From the NCBI GenBank assembly GCA_035084275.1, contig CM068754.1:12338001-12402000 (forward strand): DNA of 64,000 nucleotides. Reading direction: 5' to 3'. Under the pieces are notes generated by a model. That model was not told the DNA's origin. It made no database searches and saw nothing but the letters and a program-made list of their open reading frames with translations. How positions within the stretch are numbered: the stretch's first letter is position 1; each line of letters starts with the position of its first letter. This document shows positions 41,611 through 55,721 of this stretch, piece after piece. The DNA is from Hydrolagus colliei (taxonomy: Eukaryota). A program made the position numbers and the translations under genes.

Positions 41611-42085
41611 TCACTGCATTTGGCACATTTGTGCTGCAAACGACAAAGGGATCACAGATTTTATCTGAAAGAGGTCTGCTCTGAGAGTATCCATCACAAA
41701 AGCTCTGTGAAATACAGTATATAAACCTCCAACAGCTAATGACCATCAGAAAGAACCAAAAACATTCAATAGAATTTGACAACTATGTGATTCTTTTTCT
41801 GCTCCAGTAAGGCAGTGCCTTTAGGTTGCATCTGATACCATTAGGTTGTATTTGTGTTGTAACTTTGATTGATGACTCTATTTGAAATGAAGTTGTCTGG
41901 TTGACATATTTCAAGTATATATTTTATAAAGTTTTTTTTATACTGTTCTACTACATATGTATATTTAAGCCTGCAATGCAATGACGAGCATATACATTTA
42001 TCAAATGTGCTGATCATCTGTTTCAAAGTGTCAATATGTCAAATCACAATATACTTTATTTCTTAGCTAGAAGAATCAAATAAAT

Positions 42086-42279
42086 AACAACAACAACTTG
42101 CATTTATATAGCGCCCACCTCAGCGGGTGGTGTCTCAGAGCTCTTAACAATTTTGGAGCCCGAGGCCGAGCCACAGGGAAGGTGACCATACATGCGATTG
42201 AAGAGAAAGGTCTTCAGGCGTGACCTGAAGATGGGGAAGGAAGGGGTGAGGCGAAGCAGTTGAGGGAGGAAGTTCCATG
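42086..42279 (-). mobile_element. L2 subfamily B-like 3' end, possible TSD TCAAATAA
   Basis: (aac)n tail, gaagagaaaggtcttcagg; TCAAATAA at 42076-42083 and 42282-42289. Confidence 0.8.
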
Positions 42280-43462
42280 ATTCAAATAATTGATTAAAAA
42301 AAAGTATAGACTATAAAGGGAGAATTCCTCAATTCTGACAATTTGTATATTCTGGATTTGGCATATGGACCAAATAGTTTGGACTTGCTACTTTCTGTTT
42401 TTCATCTTGATTTGGCAAAACTTTCAAGATTCTATGATGTAAGTAGGCTCATGCTTCTTGCATTATATCTAGCTGTGTTTCTAGCTCATTTTAAGATTGA
42501 TTTCTCATTATTGAATCAATCTGAAAAATTTAAGATGAATTGACATTGCTTTGAGGAAATTATACTTAGTCACCCCAAAGCAGACTGTGACATATCAAAG
42601 AGGATAAATGGTTATTCTATTTCTTTTGACGACATCTTGCAATCCTTGCAGTGATTCTGGACATATTGCTCTTGCCAGGATACCAAGCAGAAAGAATCAG
42701 CAAGTTATGTTTTTAAATGCATCAAACATATTTCTGCTAATTCATAGGTCAAGCATTATGTTACCTGGTGCTTGCACCCCACACACAGACCTGTGTTTTG
42801 AAACAAACACAGTAGTGGAAATATCAGTTAATTGAAGAGATCATTCTAACTGTCTCAAATCAGAAGTAGAACAATTCAGAACTGTGGGAGTTTCAAGCCC
42901 ATCTTCCTTATTAGCGATTGCAAAACACAAATTAAATAAGGGCCAATGATTTATTAATTCTATCCATGCTGAGTTTATTATAACCTTAGGGGATAATTTG
43001 AAAAGAACAGTAACATGTGTCTTACCTATGGAGGGATTAAGATATTTCAGTAATTGCCAATGGTGTTAATGCTGAACAAATATTAAGCAGATTATATGAA
43101 TTGTTTGATGAGATGCTTACTTAATAGAGTAAACCCTAGTAGCAATCCAGAGTTAAATCGACTGCAGGCCATACAATAGCATCTGTATTTTTTTCACTAC
43201 CAAGGCTCATTTGCCCTTTGTAAAAATAATTTTCCTTATTACTCACTATCCATAGTAATATTAGCATTGAAGGAGCATGGCTGTGATATAAATTTATATC
43301 ACACAAATCTGCAATTGTAGTGAGTTTGAAATTTAATCAATGAGTAGACTTTTTTTAACCATTTAAATAACTCTAAATACAAGCTATTGTGAAATTGCTC
43401 TTATTTTCACCTCAACATAGATTCAAAAATCTGGGCATAATGATTACCAAGTGATGATGATA

Positions 43463-43570
43463 TTAATCCTTGCATTTGATGTAGAACCTTATCATGTCTT
43501 CGAGACGTGTCAAAGCACTTCACGGAATATACTATAAAGTGAATTAACTGTGTAGTTTGTGGGTGAAACT
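43463..43570 (-). mobile_element. SINE tail fragment
   Basis: aatccttgcatttgat...caaagcacttcacggaatatact. Confidence 0.75.
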
Positions 43571-43903
43571 ACAGAACTAACATTAATTTAATTCTCACCC
43601 TGGAAGTAAATCAAACAGAAACCATTGAATAGAATTCACTCCCACTTTCATTATGTAACTTAAGATGACATTAATACCTCCTAAAACTATCAGGAAAACA
43701 AATATCATCACATGTAACCAACATTAAACATGATAATGAGGAAAGAAAGATACTTCGGGCATGCATATTGGAGGTGCTGAACCTAAGTGGAGAGCTTGGT
43801 GCAAAGGTTACTTGGTGCTCCCAATCATCAACTATCTATTTTTTTACTCTACTCTCTGAGCTCCAGTCATCAGGCAAAATAGATAAAGAACAAAGCATAT
43901 AAA

Positions 43904-44216
43904 TCCTGTAGCTCTGTGGTTAGAGCACCAGCCTTACAAGCGTGAGAGCTGTTTTTGCATCCAGGCAGGTCAGGGCGAAACCTTGGGCAAGTTTCCTTTC
44001 TCCACACCTAATAATAATCCCTCCAAAAAAATTAATAATAAAATTGGTCATCTCAATCCACTACTGTTTGTGGGACACTGTTGTGTGCAATTGGCTGCCG
44101 TGTTTCATCCACAAATTTAGTCAATTCACTTTATAGTATATTCTGTGAAGCACTTTGAAATGTTTAGAAGACGTGAAAAGCGCTATATCAAATGAAAGTA
44201 TTATTATTATTATTAT
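43904..44216 (+). mobile_element. tRNA-derived SINE, full length, short variant
   Basis: A-box-like gtagctctgtggttagagc, ccttgggcaagtttcct segment, body shared with many copies in the window, stem-loop tail and (TTA)n end. Confidence 0.88.
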
Positions 44217-45519
44217 CAATGATGAATGAGAAAAAACTTACCTAAATATTCTCAGAAAATAAAGTAATAAAATCAAACCTTAACTCGGACAATGAATCAT
44301 CTTATTTTAAGGCAGATAATACAGTATTGTTTTATGTAATGTGCCTACATGCATATGCAGCAACTATCTGCTGCCGTATTGCCTCAGACAGTACCCCTCA
44401 TTCTAGACCCTTCAACAAATCTGAAAAAGAGTGCCTAGTAAATTACAACTGCCTTTTCTCTACTTTGAAAAATGATATTTAATTGCTGCTGCTGTTTTGT
44501 TCTGCATGCTCTAGCATTGTAAAGGTTATCTGTAGCCTCGGCAATTAATTGAGGAATTTCTGGGTCGGAACAGCTGGTATTATAAACTGGGAGAACAGAA
44601 ATGCGGATACGCTCAGTGAATTATTGGTGCCTTAATCTCAATGTGAGGGTCAGTTTTTTTTTGATAATTAGTCAATTTAGACAAAAGACAGGAAGGAATT
44701 GATTGCGTGTAATATAGGGAGGGTAGGTTAAACTAGAAAGAGTAATATTTGAATAGAGGTAGCGGAGAAAAAAGTGAAAGATAAAAGCATGTTAAAGGCA
44801 AGAGTAGATAAAAGTAAAAATAATGAGAAATATGACAATTTTTATTTGCTTGATAGAACATGTGGAATCCATGGCTGTTACAATTACTGCAGATTAAAAA
44901 GAGGATAGGCATTGGGTGAATTTATTCCAGGAGTGGATTAACCATTCAATTTGCACCATTGAAGCCAAACAGTCAGCCATTTACAGAAACCTGTGACTCA
45001 GTAGAATGTGGTGATTTTTTTGGCTCAACTTTGAGCATTTCTAAAACCAACTTCTGTGTGTGTAATGAGTTCTGTGATGCCTAGCAAACTGTATCTAATA
45101 CATAATCGCCATATATTTTATATATATATCAATGTATATCCATAATGTAATGTATCCATTCCGTGCTGCTCAAGCTGCTGTTTGTTAATCATGTTTAATG
45201 TTATTTTACGTACCAAGCAATTTGCAAAAAAATAGAAATATTGAAAATTAGCATAGTTGTGCGATTGAAGGTGCAGGGTTCAATGCAGTACTGCTTTTTC
45301 ACATCTTGGCTTTGAGTTGAAGTTCTCTTTACTCTTTGTGTCCTATTTGAAATTAGTTTGGGCAGTTCTTAACCAGTACCTTGTTAAGACCGATATTATA
45401 AAACTCCTCACAATTTACCAAATATTGGTATTCTTGATCACGAAGATCATAAGGATGTCTGTCTGGTGTGGAAAGAAGAAAAATTCACACTGATCCAGTG
45501 GCTGATGTGCTTCTGAAGT

Positions 45520-45625
45520 TGGGACTGAAGCATGTTGTTGGGGGAAGAGTAGAGGGAGCTTTAGTCTGCATCTGACCAAGCTATAACTGTTCAGGGAATG
45601 TTTGATCCTGATATTGGATGACAAA
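45520..45625 (+). mobile_element. LF-SINE-like relic (3' part)
   Basis: gactgaagcatgttg...agagggagctttagtctgcatctgaccaagctataactgttc resembles the recalled LF-SINE 3' region. Confidence 0.4.
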
Positions 45626-46460
45626 AATGAAAAAAAAGTTTTATTATGTATCACTGACAGGCATGATATGCTCTCCCTCCCCTCAAAGAAAACAATAATG
45701 GTGTCCTTTGGGTTCAAGTTTCAAATACTTATATGCTGCTATTATATTTTATAGATGCTTCTCTTTTGCAACAATCAGCAAATGTTAATTCTTAGGTGTG
45801 TAAATGTCCTACCTGTGATTCTACACCGTTACTTACTACAAGCCAATACTTGCATTCCATGAAAGACATAAATAGCCCATTATAACATTATACTTACCCA
45901 GTCACTAGCAATTTACAGGGTTTAATATAAGCAGCAATTAAAGTTCTAAAGGACTTTAAAGCTGCACAAAATCTCTAAGTTCAGAACATCTGGGCCTTTG
46001 AACGCTTTTTGAAAAATGGATCATTTCATTGGCAAGTTTGAATAAAAGCAAATGGCTTGATTTTGTTTGTTGTCCCAACATGAAAGGGGCTTTACAAATC
46101 TAATTTTGTTATTCACAAATACCATATTCTGCTTTTCAGGATTATATTATGGGCTGTCATTTCTAAACTTTATTTGATAAGGAATGTGATATTACTAGAA
46201 AAATTGGAACTTCATTTAAATTTTCAAGAGAAATAGTTTGGTTATATTTGTAATTTGTTTGCATATTTATCCATGCATTGATTATAGTGAAGTCAAATAA
46301 TACTCAACTGTTGCACTGTCTTCTGGAATAAATGATAAGATGATAGCATTTGCTAGTTGATTCTAATTTTGTTTGCATTGTAATGCAAATTATAATGTAA
46401 ATTAACAGGTATTAGAAAAATTGTTTAACTTTATGATAATGTACTAGCATTATATAGAGC

Positions 46461-46466
46461 TTTATT
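46461..46466 (-). terminator. Alternative distal poly(A) signal AATAAA
   Basis: tttatt on the plus strand, ~130 nt beyond the first signal. Confidence 0.35.
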
Positions 46467-46569
46467 TCATTGTCTTTCCCCATGACACAGCATATGGGGG
46501 GGGGTTGTAAAAACACACTCACTGTAGTCATGACATTTAAACACAGACAAATGAACACACTCTTTAAAA

Positions 46570-47813
46570 GTGTACCTTCATATAAATATTTTATTCAGTG
46601 CATCTGTTGGTGTATACAACAAATAATAAACCGAACAGTACAAAACAGGAAAACTGCTTGTACTTATATCCATGTAAAGTTTGGAGCACATTGTTCAATA
46701 TTTTTAATACACATGTTCTAGATCATGCAACTCTATTCCATTATTACCAGCTTTCTCCCATGCAACAGGTATGATAATTTAAATGAAAAAAACTAACTTA
46801 CAAATAACAATAATCTCCCTGTTGTATGCACTAGAATGAATCATTTAGGCTGAATTGATGAAAGGGAACTTCATACACAAATGACTTTCACGAGCCCAGT
46901 ACAAGAAAAGAATGACTGGTTTACCATTACAAATAAGACTTTTATTTTCTCATTATAAAAATGAAGTCACCCGAGATTCCACAGTTTCTTTAAGAATAAA
47001 AATCACCACAATAGAGTCAATGTGCAATGCACAAAAGTGAATAGAGAGAACCACAAGGGTGAAATTGTGAACCAATGGTACACTGTTAATAGGGGCAAGA
47101 CAATTACTACAAATCTATAAACCCTTTCCTCAAATTGTTTAAAATGACATATTTTAGCACTACATACTTAGCCTGAGACACCAACTCATTTCCTAGTAGT
47201 TCTTTAGCAACCCTGATTATTTTTAAAGAGATTCCTATCCACAAATCTTTAAAGGCCCACTGGAGTACAAAATCTGTGTAGAACTAGAGTATAGCAAACA
47301 CTATCATTTGAGATTAAAGGAAACAAAGAATGTGTGTCTGCTGGGATTGCACAGCAGTGAGCCAAGGACAAAATAGAATTATTTTACGTGTTCTTGACCC
47401 CTTTAGTAAAACCCAAAGGTACCAGCATTTCGCCTATAAAGAGGAAATGTGGTCTTGTGTTTTGTTCATTATTGAAACATGACTTGTTTTCAGCTGGCGG
47501 TAAAGCTGTGAGATTGATTTATTTTTCCATATAACATTAGGTGACAGAACAAAGGGCATTTCTTCTCCAGTACCACATTGCAGAATGAGGTTCATTGGCT
47601 ATCCAGGTGAGATGCACAAGCGTTTTCTCAGCTACATTGTTGGGATTTATCCACTGACAATCAGAAGACCTAAAGGCTGATTGTTACGAGGATGACCTAT
47701 GCAGTTCAGTGGTTTTCCTGAATCATTTTACAACAGAAGGAGAGTGTCTGCTAGTAATAAGTCAACAGCATCCGTATGTGATGTTTCTTGACACAGAATG
47801 TGCTTTGATCTGG
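46570..47813 (-). other. FGF13: Putative FGF13 3' UTR
   Basis: Follows the stop codon, lacks recognisable repeats, U-rich on the minus strand, ends at an AATAAA followed by a GU-rich element. Confidence 0.65.
46590..46595 (-). terminator. Polyadenylation signal AATAAA (likely main site)
   Basis: Minus strand reads tgcactg-AATAAA-atatttatatgaaggtacac..., with upstream TGTA motifs and downstream GU-rich gtgtgttcatttgtctgtgttt. Confidence 0.6.
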
Positions 47814-47947
47814 CTACGTTGATTCAGTCTGACTCACCGTTTTCCCCCCATTTAGAACTGCAGAAGCACTTCTGCTTTTTGTGGGGGTTCCAGACCTCGA
47901 CAGTACTTCTGCAAGCTCATGAAGTGATGGTTCTCGGTAGAGGGCAA
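47814..47947 (-). CDS. FGF13: FGF13-like terminal coding exon (not in the ORF track)
   Basis: Acceptor ttttctctgttgattttcag| at 47948. Phase-1 junction G|TT joins the previous exon in frame, giving [44 protein letters not shown] with TAG at 47814-47816. Matches the FGF13 C-terminal pattern (EPSLH..., [17 protein letters not shown]). Confidence 0.92.
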
Positions 47948-49196
<1,249 letters not shown>

Positions 49197-50829
49197 TCAA
49201 GTATTATTAGTACTAAAAGTTTTATATTGGAAATAAGTAGTCTTGCTGTACTCTTTGAAGAGTTTAAATGTGTAAATTAGTTGCATTTTTATCTCTCTAC
49301 TCCAAACTTTTATTCAATTTATATTTCAATATGGACACATTGGGACACTAACTGTTCTCATAAATCATTTTCACATGTGAGCACTAAGCATGCGAATGTA
49401 AAAGAACAGATTGTATGGGTCAGAGGAGCTCTGATTCCTGACTAAACTGCTGGCATAATGGGTTTAACTTTACATAGTGGGGCACAAATTGTATATTCAG
49501 TTACTTCTGCAAAATTCTTTGAATTTCAAGATAACCCCTTGGTTTAGTCATGATTAATTCATGTTCTACATAATTTAAAATACAAATGTATTGATTAAGA
49601 ATAACAATTATTTAATTTACAGATTCCAAATATAATCATTACTCCTTGAGGTATCTTGATCCCAAATGCCCTGTATGACAGGATACGGATGTAAATGAAC
49701 TTGTATGAGTTACTGATGCTGTGCAATTTATCACCAGCACAAAATCTTCCACAAAATGTAGAACAAAGCATGACTGTGTTGTATAGTTCAATAGCAGAAA
49801 TGGCATTCATAATACAGTATGTTGAAATTTGGTACACTACATTTAGTGTCTATTTCAACTTTCAACACACATGTATTAACACTCTTCACACAAAAAGAAT
49901 GACATGGGAACAGATCAATAAATATTACCTCCCAGTCCAATATTAATAATAATGATTAGGAAATACAGCCTCTACACATTTTGTTTCTTTTTAAATGGTT
50001 AGGAAATCATTTACATGAAGAACATTGCACACAATGATCTTTAGGACTATGAACTACCAAAGCATTGCACCCTTCAAAACATCAGTGTTTTGCGATGGAA
50101 CAAGTATAATGGGAAGTCTCACACTTTGTTCTCTGGTTTCAGAAATCCTTTCCATCCTACAATGTTGTTTGGATAGGTCTTCTTATCGTTTGCTTACGTT
50201 TTGAAACTGGTACAACCCACAAGATCAAAGCTGTCAGATTTTCTGATGAAGTGTTGCCCAATATATTTCTCTTTTAGATGCTGCGGTGGATTTCCAACTT
50301 TTTTTTGTTTCTGTTGTTCAGCATAAACTGTTTGAAACTTTACAGAATAGAAAATGCACCAATTGCTTGCTTTTTGCAAATATTGCATTAGCCTATGTCA
50401 CATAAAATCACTTTAAACTACAATTAATCACTGTTGGAAAACTGCAGGATTTTGCACCTTAAATATCTTCAAAAGGTCTGGTCTGGCCCACTTTGATATT
50501 AACTAAATATTAATGAGATGCACACTTAAGCACCTGAATGAATAACCGCAAGAGCATTGAAAATTCTCTGTGAAGCAAAAATATAAAGAATGAATGATGC
50601 AATTCCCCTTATTAATAATTAAACTATGTGAGAGAAGGGGGGGGGGGGGTTATAATTTCTGTTTGTTCATAGCTCTTTAATACATATACATTTAAGTAAT
50701 TTGAAAATGATGCAGGAGTGTGCCAAAAAATAATAGCAATATCTAAGGGCAGTAATTGTGAAAGTGCTACAACAGCCACCTACAAAATACAGTCACTACA
50801 CTTTGCAGTACAACAATGCTCTGGATAGA

Positions 50830-51196
50830 ATCGTTCATTCACTTTGTGGCTATTAGAGAGACATTGCTGTGTGCAAATTGGTTGCTGAACTCCCTTCCTC
50901 ACTCCCTTTGCCTCACCCCCTCTCTTCCCAGTTTCAGGTCCCACCTGAAGACCTTTCTCTTCGACCGTGCCTTTGGTCACCTTTCTATCCCTGCCCCTGG
51001 CTCGGGCCAAGGATCCGTTGTTGCGAAGTGCTCTGAGATGCCGTCCGGTGTGGAGGGCGCTATATAAATCAAAGTTGTTGATGTAGTTGTGTTGAATTTG
51101 TCTACAAAAGACTACACTTTACAGTAAATACTGTGAAGCACTTTGAGATGTCCTCCTGTGTGGAGGATACCATGTCAAATGCAAGGATTATAATTA
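50830..51196 (+). mobile_element. SINE 3' half interrupted by an L2 subfamily B insertion (~50888-51089)
   Basis: gctgtgtgcaaattggttgctg [FRSHLKTFLFDRAF segment, stem-loop, gttgttg] then cactttacagtaaatactgtgaagcactttgagatgtcc...gcaaggatta. Confidence 0.8.
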
Positions 51197-51589
51197 CTTT
51201 TAGGAATATGGAAATATTAGTGCCCAATTACAGAGCTCATTAGAAACAAATATCTTCTGCACCCTTGTTGGGGACTCAGTGCCAACATCAAATCTTCCCA
51301 AGTCAGTCATAGCAGAGCCAGGTGAAAAGGAAAGTTTCAATGAAGTGCCATCAAGGATAATAATTTTGCCCTTTAGTATAGTGCCTTAGACATCAGGAGG
51401 ATGTCCAAAACCATTTCACAAGATATACTGTAGAGTGGAGTATATGTTTTGTGAGCACAAAGTACACGCAGCACAGAAATAGGCCACTTGGTTCAACTAA
51501 TCTGTGCCAGTGTTTATGCCCCACATGCGTCCTTAAAACACCATCTCCTAATCCAACACAGTAGATTTTTCATTTCATGCACCATTCAT

Positions 51590-51780
51590 CCCACAGTGTG
51601 GCTGATGGCTGATTAAAACTGTCAATTGACAGCCAATTTTATGCTGAGGTGAAACTGTCTGGAATCATTTCACACAGATCACTTATAACCAGTAGAGCAA
51701 GAAAACCTCAACCCATTAACTTGGACTGGATACAAATCCAGATCTAGAAGTGAAAGGGTAATGTACTGACTGACTGCACC
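51590..51780 (-). mobile_element. LF-SINE-like relic (5' part)
   Basis: Minus strand ccctttcacttctag...atccagtccaag...tgtgtgaaatga...aattggctgtcaattgac resembles the recalled LF-SINE head in motif order. Confidence 0.45.
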
Positions 51781-52939
51781 AAAACTCTGACACAAGAATG
51801 TTTGAAGTGTAATGTTGAATCTAACTGAAATCAGAATGGTGGATGCTTTTCGTTTGTTGGTGGGGGTGATGTAATTTCTCTCTTTCCAGAAAATTCAGCT
51901 AATACACTACTTTTTGAGATTAAACCCTTGCTTTTATTTACCAGCCATTCATCCTATTTGTCAAAACAGGTGGTTGCATCTGATGGGAAAACTGAAATGG
52001 CTTTAAAGGATTAGTTAGCAATTTTGTTTTATCTATCATGGTGTGATAGACGCTTAATCTTTCTGATAGTTTGCTTTAGCAAACGTGTTTTATTACCCAA
52101 ATACCTTCTGTGTTCATCTTGCAATGGTTGCGTCATTTTCAAGAGGTAAAGGGAGATTAAAGCAGCATTATCTGCATGGTAAAACGCTTTGGCAAAACCT
52201 TCATTCATTTGTTCTGCAGACCAGACACGTGACACAAAATAATGCAAATCCCATCAAACGCAAGCGTCATTGGAGTATGAAATGAGTCAGGGCTCTTTTT
52301 CTCCTGCCCACCCCCACCCACCGGCTAACATTTTTTCTGATAAACACTTCATCATAAAGAATGGTCCTTCAAAAACATGTTTCTTTCAAACATTTGGTTT
52401 CCAACTAATTATTTCCAGTGTTACTGCATTTTAATATATTGTTATTGTTTTATTTGTTGCCAAACCCTGCCAGCTCTCTTATACCAGATGAGTCATGTCT
52501 ATAAAGTAGCACATGGCTTTCATCTGGGGGAAAAAAAAGCAACAGCATTCTGCATTTATTTCATCAAGGTAATGATCGAACAAGTGAGGTGCAACGTGCA
52601 ACTGACTATGAATGCACAAATTAGGGGTCACATATGATGAAAGACCAAAAAAGGCTTTGAAATCAAGTAATTATTGATTGTTAAAATGCAGAACAGGATC
52701 AAAAGCATGGTGACTACGCAACAGACTACAAAGGGAGCTACGCTTGTGCCCACTGTTCTGGAAGAAAACATGACATAGGAGGCATATGCAGGGATCTGTG
52801 AAAAAACATCACAGAACAGGCTCAGATCAAGTACTCTACTGATCTCCCCATAGCATCTGCATCAGTCTCAATCATGAGTGATGTTCGGATAAGTTATGAG
52901 CAACTGTACTTTGCAAATGCTAACTTGACAAGCTTCTTT

Positions 52940-53163
52940 CATAGACTCGTAGAATTATATAGCATAGAAGGAGGCCGTTCGGCCTATCGTGTCCTTGCCG
53001 GCTCAGCTGTCCAAATTAATCCAACTCACCCGCTCACTCCCTATAGCCCTATAAATTTGTCCTTCCCAAATATCTATGTACAGTACTTCACTCTTGAAAG
53101 TTGTTATTGAATCGGCTTTCACCACCCTTTCAGGCAATGTGCTCCAGATCCGAACAACTCGCC
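52940..53163 (-). mobile_element. CR1 3' end fragment
   Basis: Reverse complement resembles the 3' part of 20610-21160 (gcatagaaggaggccgttcggcc..., ttcaccacccttttcaggcaatg). Confidence 0.8.
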
Positions 53164-53431
53164 TCTTTCTTATTTTTTTTTATTTTCTAGTCTTCTTGAC
53201 ATTGCTCAAATAATTACCCTGAAGGCAAATTCCATTCTTCATTTCAATTATTAATATTCTATTATTATTATTACTTTGTTCCCAATTTTCCCCCGCAAAA
53301 TTTCCATTGCCATCAGCTAACTTCCTCTATGAAGAAGGGGAATGTTGGGTTTGATCGTGGGACTGCTGTGATGGTATGAAACCTTCACCCACTTCACAAA
53401 TCCCCACCAAAAAATTACAATATTTGGATCA

Positions 53432-53489
53432 TAATAAACAAAACATTTGTAGAGCGCCTTTCACGTTGGGAGGACATCCCAAGACGCTG
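53432..53489 (-). mobile_element. L2 stem-loop-only tail
   Basis: agcgcctttcacgttgggaggacatcccaagacgct. Confidence 0.8.
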
Positions 53490-55721
53490 AAATAATAAAG
53501 TGCCAATGCTAATACCAAACCATGACAGCATGCTTGAGGCAGATTCGTGCTTGCTCATAAAAGAAATTGGTTCTGTGCATTCTTGTTAGCTAAAAGATTC
53601 ATTGTGAAGATAAATATTTCTGACCATTTCTTTCAATAGTCTATTCTACAAGAATGCCAGATTAGCCTGTGGGCATCTTATGCAGCAGATAAAACGATAT
53701 GCAGTGCTAGAGGTGCTTATTATCCGGAAATAATTAAATGCAATTCTTGTAAATCACAGAACATAATTAAACCTTTCTTTGTCACCTAGAATAATCAATT
53801 GGTAAGAATGATTTGACTTTAACAAGATACTTATGCCAAGTTAAAACAGAGGTGATTTGAAAGGCAACTTACTGATGTGATGATGCCTTTGAATAGGCAT
53901 TATTCAACAGAGTACATGTTATCTGAAAATTAATGCCCAAACTAATCGCCCTCCATCCTTAAACCTTTACTTTCAGTCCTTCTTCAACCACACTGCCCTT
54001 CTTTGGCTGGGAGATGCAATGGACTAAGCAATGTAAAATTGTTTTTGCTCGTCTTACTAGCATGTACAACGAGCATTATCACAAGGTACTCCAGTGTGGG
54101 GGTCTAGCAGAGAATTATAGACTAAACACAGAGGCGGTAGTCAAATCCAGCAAATGACAGCCAAAATTGTTTGAGAGCAACAAGTAATTAGGTAGTGCAC
54201 ATTCCAATACAATGTCATTCTTCATGAGTGCGTCTGATAGTAAGCATTAAAGGTTATTTAGCTGTGGGGATGCTGCAAAAGGAGCCTGATTCTATCCGTG
54301 CCTGAACCCCACAACCATTGAGTCTCCAGCTTTTCACGGAATATGTTGTAAAGTGGACTGTGTATTTGTGGGCATATTAGTATTTGTTTATCCTTACATG
54401 TATTAATGATCAGGAAACCTGGTTCATGAAAACATGATTCCATGCCTCAGCTGCTCTCTGTCATTGGGAGAACCAGCATATGTCTGTTCTGTAGCAAAAT
54501 ATGTGGATTTGGTGATTATGCTTGTGCGCTGAAAGGAGATCGAGAGTATGCTTGAAAATGTATGATCCACAATTCTATATAGTGTACATATTGTACACGT
54601 ACAAAATGCCCACAAGCTAATTGGCACTCAAACCAAGTTAGATAATTTGAATAAATCAGAAATATATATCCCAGCAACAAGTTTTGACTTTATGCAAGTG
54701 CTTAGTTAACAGGAGGTACACAGAGTTAGCTTTGTTTTGATTCATTATATGTCATAAATTCCTCGGGTTCGTTTTTCTACTTGTGCAGGATATGGCACGT
54801 CAGATTCATTCTGGAATCGGCAATATTTTGATTGACTACAACGAATCATTTAGTACACTTTGGAAATATATGTTACATCAGGTATGGCAGCATGTAAAAT
54901 TGTTAATTCCTCTTAAGATTGCTCCTTGCTACGAATTACATTAGAGATCTACAAACAAAAGCAGAATGTGTTGTACAGGTACTTGATAAACAGTTAACTG
55001 TCAACGTGCTGCATTTGCCATTGGCAAAGATGATGCATTCTCCGCTCATTCTCATGTATTCTCATGGTTGATTATTTCTCAATTGACCAACAAAAATACA
55101 AAACAAAATTGTGGAATCATTATCTACTGAATCCTACACAGGTTTCATTGCAAAACAATTTATCCTCCTTAGCCTGGATGCTAATTTGAAGTATATATTG
55201 GCATTCAAAATCAGTGTCAAGATAACTGAACCTGTCACTATAGAAATCTCTCTGGGGTTTATCCCCGTTCTCTTTTTAATTTTCTCATTCACTTGTTATT
55301 TCTATTCTCTGACAATTTCCATCTGTTGTTAACTGGCAAACTGGGCACTTTATTTAATTAAACAATTGGCAATAAGTTGAAACAGACTGCCAACATTTTC
55401 TTTGCTCTTCCACACCACCAACCCAGGTGTTTGTGAAAGCTTCTCTTCTTCATCTGAGAAATGTCTAAATGCTGGAATCATCAATCAGTGCAAGCATTCA
55501 TAAAGCAATGAAAATGAATATGGTTGCCAGCAAATGCAACAAATCACAACTGATTTGCTAGTTTCTCTTTCCTTTAAGGGCAATAAGGACATGTGAGTGA
55601 GGCTCTGTTGAAAGTTACAGGGCTCAACCTCACAGTGCAAGTTTGGAGTTAGCGAAAATGGGGTCATTCTGCTCTGCCTACATCAGAAAGCAAATCCGTT
55701 CATTTTGCCCTAACTGCTTGT

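Noticed and set aside
43904-43975. tRNA gene (also 55722-55785 and 31967-32015)
   Set aside because: A/B-box-like heads run directly into SINE bodies and do not form a cloverleaf.
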